NCBI GenBank assembly: GCA_038251205.1
Contig: JBBSBN010000001.1
Location: forward strand, 1 to 30,490
DNA from: Candidatus Saccharimonadia bacterium
Lineage (GTDB): Bacteria > Patescibacteriota > Saccharimonadia > CAILAD01 > JBBSBN01
DNA length: 30,490 nt
Direction of reading: 5' to 3'
This document shows positions 9,226-17,419 of the stretch, piece after piece (within the stretch, counting starts at the first letter, position 1; every line of letters begins with the position of its first letter). The position numbers and the translations under genes are program-made. Under the pieces are notes generated by a model, which saw only the letters and a list, made by a program, of their open reading frames with translations, ran no database searches and had not been told where the DNA came from.

Positions 9226-9292
9226 GGGTGAGGCAGGCGATGGACCTGCCCACCCTTGCGGCCTAGAGATATGTCTCTGGGCCATTTGCTTT
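9226..9292 (+). terminator. Tandem hairpins after the rightward orphan genes
   Basis: GGGTG-A-GGCAGG/CCTGCC-CACCC (9226-9255) and GGCCTAGAGA-tatg-TCTCTGGGCC (9260-9283), then a T-rich tail. Confidence 0.65.
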
Positions 9293-9406
9293 TAAGCAGG
9301 CTTAAGATGAGAAATCTGGTTTGAAAAGTAAGTTCTAACCTCCACCATACCGAACAAAAGGTGGGTATATATTCATGTTATTATGGAGATAATAACGAGA
9401 ACTAAC

Positions 9407-10066
9407 ATGGCACTCAAAGCACTATTTCTAAACTGTACCCTCAAAAAGTCTCCAGACACCTCAAATACTGAAGCCCTGATTGAGAAAGTTGAAGCCCTTA
9501 TGCAAGCTAAACAGATCGAGACGGAGATTGTGCGGGTGATTGATCACAAGGTATCCTTTGGGATTAGCTCTGATGAAGGTGACGGTGATGAATGGCCCCT
9601 GATCTTGGCTAAAATCAAAGCTGCAGACATACTCATCATCGGTACTCCCATATGGTTTGGAGTCCGTGGCTCAATCTGCCAGATGGTGATGGAGCGTCTC
9701 GACGGCACCTATGAAGAGGGCGATCCGACTAGTGGACAGTTCCCACTCTACGGTAAGGTAGCTGGCGTGATTGTGACTGGAAATGAAGACGGAGCCCATG
9801 ATGTGGCTGCTAATACGCTCTTCAATCTGACCCACCTCGGCTGCACTATCCCGCCAAATGTTGATTGCTACTGGGTGGGCACAGCCGGCCCCGGCCCGAG
9901 CTACATAGAAGCCAAAGGCGACAAGCATCTCTACACCAACAAAACTGCTCGCTATATGGTAGAGAACCTTGCTTATTTTGCCCAGCTCATTCGAGATAAC
10001 CCTATCCCTACAAACCTGAACAAACTTATTGAAGATGCTAAAGCTGTGAGTGATCCTAGTATCTAA
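9407..10066 (+). CDS. Flavodoxin-family NAD(P)H-dependent oxidoreductase (WrbA/FMN_red-like)
   Basis: KALFLNCTLKKSP..SNT, ADILIIGTPIWFG, YGKVAGVIVTGNEDGAH. Start is ATG 9407 or 9383. Confidence 0.9.
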   Translation: MALKALFLNCTLKKSPDTSNTEALIEKVEALMQAKQIETEIVRVIDHKVSFGISSDEGDGDEWPLILAKIKAADILIIGTPIWFGVRGSICQMVMERLDGTYEEGDPTSGQFPLYGKVAGVIVTGNEDGAHDVAANTLFNLTHLGCTIPPNVDCYWVGTAGPGPSYIEAKGDKHLYTNKTARYMVENLAYFAQLIRDNPIPTNLNKLIEDAKAVSDPSI

Positions 10067-10074
10067 GCCAAGAC

Positions 10075-11382
10075 TTATCTAAATATCAGATATTTACCAT
10101 TCGAGGCCGTTGGATCAGGTAAAATATTCGCTGGCTTACTGGATATGCCTGACTCAGCTTCAATCCGAGGTGGAGTGACGGTGCATTGGGGAGCTCCAGG
10201 GGTAGGAGGGGTGTTATTTGACTCACAATAGGTCACACCAGCGGCTGCTGCTGTGGTCGCCAAAGCTCCCTGGGTACGATTGCCAATGATACGGAAATTA
10301 GTGCTACCACCAAATAGCTGCACCATGTAGTTGTTTGGTTGCCCTGAGGCATTTGTACCAGTCACTACCAGGCTATTGCCTTGGATCAGACCATCTTTGA
10401 CGCCATGCATCTCCATGACTGTACCATTGCCGCCTCGATCGCTGACATTGTTGAGAATGGAGATAGGGCCCCATTGATAGCCTTTGCCATTGGGGGCATC
10501 TACCTGGGTGTGCATCCCACGATTGACGGTATTATTGCTTACCACGATGTTCTTAACTTCTGGGCCGCCGCCTGTAACGGTCAAAAAGTAATTTGCTCCG
10601 CCACCCACAATATTATTGTCTATTGTCACATTCCTAGCACCACCATTCTTGCCATCTACTTCGAAGTCGAACATTGAGCGATGGTTTCCAGAGATATTAT
10701 TATGGGTAAATAAGATTGTATCGACAGCGTTCATTGCCGTACCTTGTCTGCCAGCATCAGCGAAGGTGGAGTTTTGGATTGTGATATTTGTATTCCAGAG
10801 ACTGCCATGATTGTTCATATAGATAAAGTCACCGTGCACATGGCTGATGTTAAGATTATCAAAGTTGGCATGAGTCACTCCGTAGAGTGCCAATCCGGCT
10901 TCATCCTCCGATGCCACTATGTATCCAGCACTAGGCTGTTTTTGACCTTCGATTATTAGATCCCGCACGCCAATATAAGCACTAGCTACAATATGAAGAT
11001 GTCGAAAGTTCCCATCGTTCTTGCCATTTGCCGTAGTACGTACCAGCTTTGTACCATTTCCGTTGATGAAAAAGCCGCCCTTTTCTTTGATCATGACTGC
11101 ACTTTCTGCCCGATAGCACCCATTGGTAGGGAAGTTGATGATGGTGTTGTTAGGTAGGCTGGCTATCCAGGCATTCAGAGGTGCAGCCACATCGACTGAG
11201 CAATCAGCATTGATCGTGGTTGGTGGTGACACGGTTGTGAAGGTTACAGCCCGGCTCTTAAAGATAATAAACCCTAGTGCAACCAAAAAAAGCACAATAA
11301 GTCCGAGCATCGGCCATTTGTACCGACCAAGTGCATTGAGCTTATACTCATGTCTGAGATCAAGTTTGTGACGTTTTGGCAT
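10075..11382 (-). CDS. Membrane-anchored right-handed parallel beta-helix (pectin-lyase-like) protein
   Basis: N-terminal TM helix; Asn/Gly-rich beta-helix repeats (NITIQNSTF, NVTIDNNIV, NIVVSNNTV, GLIQGNSL); Pro-rich C-terminus. Confidence 0.85.
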   Translation of the reverse strand: MPKRHKLDLRHEYKLNALGRYKWPMLGLIVLFLVALGFIIFKSRAVTFTTVSPPTTINADCSVDVAAPLNAWIASLPNNTIINFPTNGCYRAESAVMIKEKGGFFINGNGTKLVRTTANGKNDGNFRHLHIVASAYIGVRDLIIEGQKQPSAGYIVASEDEAGLALYGVTHANFDNLNISHVHGDFIYMNNHGSLWNTNITIQNSTFADAGRQGTAMNAVDTILFTHNNISGNHRSMFDFEVDGKNGGARNVTIDNNIVGGGANYFLTVTGGGPEVKNIVVSNNTVNRGMHTQVDAPNGKGYQWGPISILNNVSDRGGNGTVMEMHGVKDGLIQGNSLVVTGTNASGQPNNYMVQLFGGSTNFRIIGNRTQGALATTAAAAGVTYCESNNTPPTPGAPQCTVTPPRIEAESGISSKPANILPDPTASNGKYLIFR

Positions 11383-11519
11383 AAGCAGTATCCATCTATA
11401 TTATATGCTTGCCACAAGGAGTTTCCAAATGACGTGTGCGTTACAGCTTTTCAAAAGCTTCTTGGTGTGGTAGAGTATTACGGTTCTGCCGGCTTTGCAT
11501 TCGAGCGAAAGTGGAGAAG

Positions 11520-11720
11520 ATGGCGTACATGGTAGGGGGAGCACTGTTTGTAGGACTGGTGTTGGTCATCTGGTACATGTTTCAGCATCGATCCACAGCA
11601 GTACCTCGCTCTCCACGAAAAAGTACCGAAGTACCGCCCAAGCATCATTCTGCGGATGACGAAGGAATGGACCCCGCGGAGCGTCTATGGATGCGCAGTT
11701 ACATGGAAGAGCCAAACTAG
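11520..11720 (+). CDS. Small single-pass membrane protein (66 aa)
   Basis: GGAG upstream of ATG 11520; hydrophobic N-terminus (VGGALFVGLVLVIWYMF) and a charged tail. Confidence 0.55.
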   Translation: MAYMVGGALFVGLVLVIWYMFQHRSTAVPRSPRKSTEVPPKHHSADDEGMDPAERLWMRSYMEEPN

Positions 11721-11733
11721 AGAACGGGGAAGT

Positions 11734-11853
11734 ATGATAGATGGTCCCGTGGAATGGATGGTAGTTGCCGGTATTCCAACAGCCTTCTTTGTCTTGGCTG
11801 GCACCATCAAACTCGCAGCATTACGAAAAGAACGTCGCCGGCGTGATAACTAA
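11734..11853 (+). CDS. Very small single-pass membrane protein (39 aa)
   Basis: GGGGA before ATG 11734; one TM segment followed by a basic tail (RKERRRR); terminator directly downstream. Confidence 0.5.
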   Translation: MIDGPVEWMVVAGIPTAFFVLAGTIKLAALRKERRRRDN

Positions 11854-11871
11854 ACAGCGACGCAGAACACA

Positions 11872-11910
11872 GGGGTTCGGGCACTTTGGCCCGAGCCCCG
11901 TCTCATTTTA
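11872..11910 (+). terminator. Intrinsic terminator
   Basis: GGGGTTCGGGC-actttg-GCCCGAGCCCC followed by TCTCATTTT. Confidence 0.7.
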
Positions 11911-11926
11911 AGCATTAGTTTTATAC

Positions 11927-11955
11927 TTGACTGAAGTGGGTATTTTGGCTATTAT
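11927..11955 (+). promoter_or_regulatory. Sigma-70 promoter
   Basis: TTGACT-17 nt-TATTAT. Confidence 0.65.
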
Positions 11956-12019
11956 TGGTAGGTTGCAAACGTGTGAGCAAGATAAAATTTTACCTTACCA
12001 AAGGCAAAAAATTAACTAA

Positions 12020-12295
12020 TTGCATTACTCAATAGTTCACCATAAGAGTAATGCGGAAATTTGTCGTCAATTGTATAAGATTCCACTGCGTGAACTCAAA
12101 ACGCGCAAAGTTCGCATTAAGCGAGTTAAATCCCATCAGCAGACTAAAGATCTGCTCTCAACTCATGTAGTTGATACTCGCCGCTCAAAGCCACCAGCTG
12201 TCTTCTATGCAAGCCGAGACGAAGCCAAACGGTCTGAGCTTCGTTCGTGGCAGAAGCTACACAAGAATTTTGCTCGTCGTACTCGCGGCGTCTAA
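12020..12295 (+). CDS. Hypothetical basic protein (start uncertain)
   Basis: 91-codon Lys/Arg-rich ORF downstream of a good promoter; TTG start, no SD, no family recognised. Confidence 0.4.
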   Translation: MHYSIVHHKSNAEICRQLYKIPLRELKTRKVRIKRVKSHQQTKDLLSTHVVDTRRSKPPAVFYASRDEAKRSELRSWQKLHKNFARRTRGV

Positions 12296-12326
12296 TACGC
12301 TAATTATGCTACAATTATCTGGTTAG

Positions 12327-12400
12327 GCGGGTATGGTTTAGTGGTAGAACGCGACCTTCCCAAGGTTGAGAGACGGGTTCGATTCCCGTTACCCGCTCCA
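12327..12400 (+). tRNA. tRNA-Gly(CCC)
   Basis: GCGGGTA/TACCCGC acceptor stem, CGACC-TTCCCAA-GGTTG anticodon arm, T73-CCA. Confidence 0.97.
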
Positions 12401-12421
12401 ACTTGTATTTACTAACGTCTC

Positions 12422-12497
12422 GCCACCTTAGCTCAGTTGGTAGAGCGGCGCTTTCGTAAAGCGTAGGTCGCCGGTTCGATCCCGGCAGGTGGCTCCA
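12422..12497 (+). tRNA. tRNA-Thr(CGT)
   Basis: GCCACCT/AGGTGGC acceptor stem, GCGCT-TTCGTAA-AGCGT anticodon arm, T73-CCA. Confidence 0.97.
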
Positions 12498-12503
12498 AAT
12501 ACT

Positions 12504-12896
12504 ATGCCCAAACTCAAAACCTCACTAGCAAATATTCGACGCTTTCATCAACATCGCTTCTTTAACGATGGCTGGGTGGTAGGACTATCTCTTATGGCAG
12601 TACTCACCAATATTGTGACTGCTGTGTGGAGCTTACTCCGAATTAAGCAGTCAGACGTGCTGGTGCCAGTACGCTACACCAGTCTTAATAACTTTGACGT
12701 ACTTGGACACTGGTATCAGCTCTATTACATCGTAGCCTTGAGCGTTATAATACTGATAGTAAATATGAGCCTCGCTATTATTAGCTACAAACGCAGCCGC
12801 CTCATCAGTATCTTCCTAATGCTTGTTGCAGTTATGGCAGCGGTCTGGGCGGCAGCAATCGTATTTGGCTTTACGGCGATCAATTATGGCACATGA
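12504..12896 (+). CDS. Hypothetical 3-TM membrane protein
   Basis: ATG directly after tRNA-Thr; three hydrophobic segments; overlaps the GT2 start. Confidence 0.75.
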   Translation: MPKLKTSLANIRRFHQHRFFNDGWVVGLSLMAVLTNIVTAVWSLLRIKQSDVLVPVRYTSLNNFDVLGHWYQLYYIVALSVIILIVNMSLAIISYKRSRLISIFLMLVAVMAAVWAAAIVFGFTAINYGT

Positions 12897-14559
12897 TAGC
12901 GTGACCTCAGTGCCAGCAGAAGATCCAACTCCACTCCGATGGGCAGATCAACGGTGGTTTTATCGAACTTTTGAGATATTACCCGGGGCTATTGCCTGGT
13001 TTTTCTTGCTTTCCCCAATCTTCTTAAGCTTATTTGCTCCAGCAGTTGTGGCCTACTTTATTATTGCTTTTGATCTATTTTGGTTGCTCAAATCAGCGCG
13101 GATGAGCTATGGACTGGTACGTGGTTATAATCGATTGGGTAAGCATAAGAAGTTAGATTGGGGAGCAAAGCTTGCTTGGCTGAGTAATCTTGATGCTGCC
13201 CAAGCCGAGCTGGAACAAAAAATTATCAATCGTAAGAGGCGAGTAAGTACGCAAGCCTCTCGACAGCTCACGGCTGATCTGCGTGAGATACAAGCTCTTC
13301 AGCTCCAAGCAGATGTCTTACTTGATCCAAACGAAGTAATGCAGCTTGTCATCATGCCCATCTATCGTGAGAATATCGATACTGTGCGACCGTCGATGCA
13401 ATCAGTTCTTGACTGCGCATATGATCCAAAGCAAATAATCTTCGTCTTAGCTTACGAAGAACGAGGTGGAGCAGAGGATTTGGCAGTTGCCACCACGCTT
13501 GAGCGTGAATTCAAAGACAAGTTTTACCACTTTGAGAAGATAATGCATACCGTCATGCCAGGTGAGATAAAAGGCAAGGGTGGAAACATCACGCATGCCG
13601 GACGAGAGATATTGAAGTATATAGAAAGCAAGAAAATAAAACCAATCAATGTAATAGTTACAACACTTGATGCCGACAACAGGCCTCATAAACAATACTT
13701 TAACTACCTGAGTTACAAATATTGTAGTGATCCCAACAGAAGGCATAAGTCATATCAGCCCATCCCAATGTTCTTTAATAACATATGGGATGTGCCGGCA
13801 CCGACGAGAATTGTAGCAACGAGCAATTCATTCTGGGTAATCATTGAGGCAACTCGTCCGCATCGATTGCGCAACTTTAGTGCTCATGCCCAAAGCCTCC
13901 AGACCTTGATTGATACAGATTTCTGGAGCGTTACCACGATTGTAGAAGACGGCCATCAGTACTGGCGTACCTTTTTTACCTATGATGGCGATCATTTTGT
14001 GGAGCCAATCTATCTGCCAATCTATCAGGACGCCGTACTTGCTAGTACCTTTATGCGCACGCTCAAGGCTCAGTTCTTGCAGCTCAGGCGCTGGGCGTAC
14101 GGTGCCAGCGACTTTCCGTATGTGGTACAGAACTGCGTGAAGAACTCAAAGATAAAACTCAGCACAAAGCTTGTACAAATCTGGCGATTATTCGAAGGGC
14201 ACTTCTCGTGGGCAACGGCACCATTGATCTTGCTCTATGTGGCTTGGCTACCACTTTATCTGAATAAAGGCTTCAACGAGGAAGTCCTTGCTCATCAGCT
14301 ACCAGTCATCGCGAGCCGCATCCTCACGCTTGCCATGATCGGGCTTTTTGTAACCGTCTGGACTAGCTTGCTATCACTCCCGCCACGTCCTGCTCGCTAT
14401 CGTCGTGGTAAATATATACTCATGCTAGCGCAATGGGTACTCTCGCCAGTTGTAGCAATCTGCTTTGGGGCATTTGCGGCATTGAATGCGCAGACCCGCC
14501 TAATGATTGGTAAGCGCCTTGAGGTTTTTCAGGTAACTGAGAAGGTAGTTCGAAAGTGA
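12886..14559 (+). CDS. Processive GT2 glycosyltransferase (synthase-like), integral membrane
   Basis: LVIMPIYRE, KGGN, TTLDAD, IVEDGH and QLRRW (D, DxD, ED, QxxRW set); TM helices at both ends. Confidence 0.9.
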   Translation: MAHDSVTSVPAEDPTPLRWADQRWFYRTFEILPGAIAWFFLLSPIFLSLFAPAVVAYFIIAFDLFWLLKSARMSYGLVRGYNRLGKHKKLDWGAKLAWLSNLDAAQAELEQKIINRKRRVSTQASRQLTADLREIQALQLQADVLLDPNEVMQLVIMPIYRENIDTVRPSMQSVLDCAYDPKQIIFVLAYEERGGAEDLAVATTLEREFKDKFYHFEKIMHTVMPGEIKGKGGNITHAGREILKYIESKKIKPINVIVTTLDADNRPHKQYFNYLSYKYCSDPNRRHKSYQPIPMFFNNIWDVPAPTRIVATSNSFWVIIEATRPHRLRNFSAHAQSLQTLIDTDFWSVTTIVEDGHQYWRTFFTYDGDHFVEPIYLPIYQDAVLASTFMRTLKAQFLQLRRWAYGASDFPYVVQNCVKNSKIKLSTKLVQIWRLFEGHFSWATAPLILLYVAWLPLYLNKGFNEEVLAHQLPVIASRILTLAMIGLFVTVWTSLLSLPPRPARYRRGKYILMLAQWVLSPVVAICFGAFAALNAQTRLMIGKRLEVFQVTEKVVRK

Positions 14560-14566
14560 CTCAGCA

Positions 14567-15640
14567 GTGAGTTACGCTTGGGCTTTTGGGCTGGCTTTCG
14601 TGATATCGCTGTCACTCGTACCAGCTGTCAGAAAGCTGGCATTTCGAATTGGAGCAGTTGATCAGCCGGTACCAAATAGCCGTAAAATTCATACCCGGGT
14701 TATGCCTCGGGCAGGTGGGTTGGTGCTTTACACAAGCTTTGTCGTAACCAGCTTGCTCTTTGCCTCACACACATCGGTGGCGTTCTGGGGTTTACTTGGT
14801 GCCGCAACGATTGTGATGTTAGTAGGTCTTGCTGATGATCTCCATTCGCTCAGTCCGTGGCTCAAGCTCGCCGTGCAGGTGATAGCGGCACTAACTGCTA
14901 TGGCAGCTGGGATCAAAATTACAGCACTGACAAGTTTCTCGGGGGGTACCTGGAATTTCTATCAAACTGGTAGTGTGGCACTTAGTATCCTAGCGGCTTC
15001 ATTGAGTTTGCTTTGGTTGGTGGGGGTGACCAATACGCTAAACTTTCTCGATGGTCTCGATGGCTTAGCGACAGGAGTAGCTGGCATTGCAGCCACAATT
15101 ATGTTCATTCTCTCGATTGGACCTCGAGTCGACCAGCCTCAGACTGCATTACTCGCAATCATCTTAGCTGGTAGCTGCTTCGGCTTTCTCTGGCACAACT
15201 TTCATCCGGCCCGGATATTCAACGGTGATTCGGGGGCCTATTTCCTCGGTATGACGTTGGCTTGTCTCGCCATTATATCCGGTGCAAAACTCGCAACAGC
15301 ACTGCTAGTACTTGGCTTGCCAGTACTTGATGCGGCATGGGCGGTCATGCGCCGTACCTTAAGCGGGCGATCGCCTTTCTCAGCTGATCGGGAGCACTTA
15401 CATTTCTTGCTGATTGATAGTGGCTTATCTCAACGTAAGGCTGTTCTCATCATTTATGCTTTCTCGATTGCCTTTGGTATAGTGGCATTAATCTCCGGAA
15501 CATTTCTGAAGCTTATCGCGCTTATCACTTTGGTCTTGTTGGCAGCTCTGCTATTAAGCTTCCTGCACTACAAACGACCGGCTCGCGAGACTGCCGCCAA
15601 AAAGGTTAGATTCGGCTTTAAGCGATCAGAATCTGATTGA
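14567..15640 (+). CDS. MraY/WecA-family polyprenyl-phosphate GlcNAc-1-phosphate transferase
   Basis: RKIH....PRAGG, VGLADD, NTLNFLDGLDGLA, HNFHPARIFNGDSG, ADREHLH. Confidence 0.93.
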   Translation: MSYAWAFGLAFVISLSLVPAVRKLAFRIGAVDQPVPNSRKIHTRVMPRAGGLVLYTSFVVTSLLFASHTSVAFWGLLGAATIVMLVGLADDLHSLSPWLKLAVQVIAALTAMAAGIKITALTSFSGGTWNFYQTGSVALSILAASLSLLWLVGVTNTLNFLDGLDGLATGVAGIAATIMFILSIGPRVDQPQTALLAIILAGSCFGFLWHNFHPARIFNGDSGAYFLGMTLACLAIISGAKLATALLVLGLPVLDAAWAVMRRTLSGRSPFSADREHLHFLLIDSGLSQRKAVLIIYAFSIAFGIVALISGTFLKLIALITLVLLAALLLSFLHYKRPARETAAKKVRFGFKRSESD

Positions 15641-15665
15641 CTTTTTATCTGGCTTAAGGTAATAT
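15637..15665 (+). promoter_or_regulatory. Sigma-70 promoter
   Basis: TTGACT-17 nt-TAATAT upstream of the Zn-finger gene and rplY. Confidence 0.6.
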
Positions 15666-15692
15666 TTAGGCCAAGAGGGAGTAATTTACGCC

Positions 15693-16085
15693 TTGAATAG
15701 CCGCAGCTTCCAGCAACTTATCAAAAACCTTCAACTCTTTTACAAATGCCCCATGTGTGGAGCAAATTACAAAAGTGATGATATTAAGTTTCTGGGCCAA
15801 GTCGATAATCATTGCTTTATGCAACTGCATTGCCATGCCTGCTCTGTGCCGGTTTTAGCAACAGTCTTTCTGAGTGATAAGCCAGAAGAGGTGAGTGTCG
15901 ACTCTGCCAAGATTCCCAAAGCTCCCCTGTCGGGTCGCAGTCGCGCTCGAGCCAGCGATCTCAAGCCTCGCGAGAAAGCTCGCTTTGTTGCTAAAGGCAG
16001 CATTGCTAGCACCGAGATAGCTGACTTCCATCTTTTCCTGAGCAGCTATCAGGGTAACTTCAATCGACTATCCAAGACCAAATAG
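15693..16085 (+). CDS. Hypothetical Zn-finger protein
   Basis: CPMC...CHAC pairs; C-terminal EIADFH.FL..Y.GNF..L motif. Confidence 0.75.
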   Translation: MNSRSFQQLIKNLQLFYKCPMCGANYKSDDIKFLGQVDNHCFMQLHCHACSVPVLATVFLSDKPEEVSVDSAKIPKAPLSGRSRARASDLKPREKARFVAKGSIASTEIADFHLFLSSYQGNFNRLSKTK

Positions 16086-16131
16086 CGATTTTCGCTCCCA
16101 TAATACTCAATAATTATAAAGAATTAAAACT

Positions 16132-16842
16132 ATGAACCAACTAGTACTCCAGGCTAGCCCCCGTGAAATCGTGGGTAAAAAAGTTAAAACTCTTCGAGCC
16201 GATGGCAAACTGCCAGCGGTATTATATGGCCATGGCCTCGCTCCCGCTCATATTACGATCTCAACTCATGACTTTGAGACTGCCTTCCAGGCTGCCGGGC
16301 AGAACACCTTACTTGAGCTCAAGGTAGAAGGTGATAAGACCTACAATGTACTTATTCATGATTTGGCGCGAGATGCCGTACATGATCGCCCGCTACACGT
16401 TGACTTCTATCGAGTTAAAATGGATGAAGAAATTCGCACAAATGTGCCATTGCACTTTACCGGTGAATCTACGGCTGTCTTCCAGGATGGTGGTAGCTTG
16501 CTTACTAGCCTAGAAGAGCTCGAAATTGAGACACTCCCTGCCCATCTCCCAGCTAATATTGAAGTTGATATCTCGGTGCTTGATAATTTCGAGAAGACTA
16601 TTACTGTGGCTGACGTTAAAGCTCCTGAGAAGGTGAAAATTCTCAATGATCTAGATGAGATGATTGCTCGAGTTGAACCGCCTCGCAGTGATGAAGAGCT
16701 GGCTGAGCTTGATAGTGAGATTGTGGAAGAGATTCCAGGCGAAGAGGGGGCTGAAACTGCCGTTGAAGGTGATGAAGATAAGGCCGATGCACCTGAAGGC
16801 GACTCGGGTGAGAATAAATCTGGCGATCAAGCCAAGGAATAA
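16132..16842 (+). CDS. rplY: 50S ribosomal protein L25/Ctc (long form)
   Basis: GKKVKTLR..GKLPAVLYG, LHVDFYRV, VPLHFTGES.A...GG, LP..IEVDIS; acidic tail. Confidence 0.96.
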   Translation: MNQLVLQASPREIVGKKVKTLRADGKLPAVLYGHGLAPAHITISTHDFETAFQAAGQNTLLELKVEGDKTYNVLIHDLARDAVHDRPLHVDFYRVKMDEEIRTNVPLHFTGESTAVFQDGGSLLTSLEELEIETLPAHLPANIEVDISVLDNFEKTITVADVKAPEKVKILNDLDEMIARVEPPRSDEELAELDSEIVEEIPGEEGAETAVEGDEDKADAPEGDSGENKSGDQAKE

Positions 16843-16871
16843 CTCTCTTGCTTAGCAAGAGCGAGCTCGAC

Positions 16872-17342
16872 TCAAATTTTATGAAGGCTACGGCGCAGGG
16901 CTGACTTACTTGTCAGTTCTTCGTGTTTAGCCAGATAGCGTAGAGCTGCAGCTAAGTCGACTGCTCGCAGAGTTTGCAAGGTTATATCGGCCAAGATTGT
17001 GTGGCCTATAGTTGTGTCTGGCTGGCGAACTAGCTTAGCCTCTATGCTGGCAAGACAATCATCGACATAGCGCAGACGATCGCTATCACCTTCAAAGCAC
17101 TCTAGTATACTTTGATACAGTTGTGCCCGTAGGTAAGGGCGCACGGAAGGTTTAGCTTTTTTACCCGACTTGGTTTTTGCCTGATTCTCAATACGTAGAA
17201 AACTTAAATCAACCTGTTCATAGGTAGTGAAGGTATGGCTACACTCGAGACACCGTCTCCGTCGCCAGACCTGGTTAGCGCGCTTAGTCGGCCGGCTATT
17301 AAAAACCTCGGTACTAAGGCTCATGCAAAATGGACACACCAT
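16872..17342 (-). CDS. nrdR: NrdR transcriptional repressor (divergent ATP-cone)
   Basis: CPFC....V.NSR......VWRRRRCLEC..TFTTYE; C-terminal AALRYLA. Confidence 0.88.
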   Translation of the reverse strand: MVCPFCMSLSTEVFNSRPTKRANQVWRRRRCLECSHTFTTYEQVDLSFLRIENQAKTKSGKKAKPSVRPYLRAQLYQSILECFEGDSDRLRYVDDCLASIEAKLVRQPDTTIGHTILADITLQTLRAVDLAAALRYLAKHEELTSKSALRRSLHKI

Positions 17343-17358
17343 GACAATATATTGTCAT
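17341..17358. promoter_or_regulatory. Perfect 18-bp palindrome matching the NrdR-box core
   Basis: ATGACAATA|TATTGTCAT; the core CAATATATTG fits the CwAtATaTwG consensus and overlaps the nrdR start codon. Confidence 0.65.
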
Positions 17359-17396
17359 ACAACTAGTAAAAATACTAGTGGAAAAGCTTTCAAATA

Positions 17397-17405
17397 TGTG
17401 GATAA
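17397..17405 (-). promoter_or_regulatory. Single consensus DnaA box
   Basis: TGTGGATAA, the reverse complement of TTATCCACA. Confidence 0.4.
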
Positions 17406-17419
17406 AGCTCACAAAAGTC

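Larger units (their letters stand above)
8312..9340 (+). repeat. 11-bp direct repeat AAGTTCTAACC bracketing the two rightward orphan genes
   Basis: Identical copies at 8312-8322 and 9330-9340, both intergenic. Confidence 0.7.

Noticed and set aside
8559-9285. Antisense ORFs over the island (8559-8885, 8825-9151, 9037-9285)
   Set aside because: They overlap SD-supported plus-strand ORFs and have no recognisable features; probably shadow ORFs.
11429-11473. 14-codon ORF (MTCALQLFKSFLVW) after AAGGAG
   Set aside because: Too short to support. Two other frames offer competing starts at 11434 and 11436, so the coding frame cannot be resolved.
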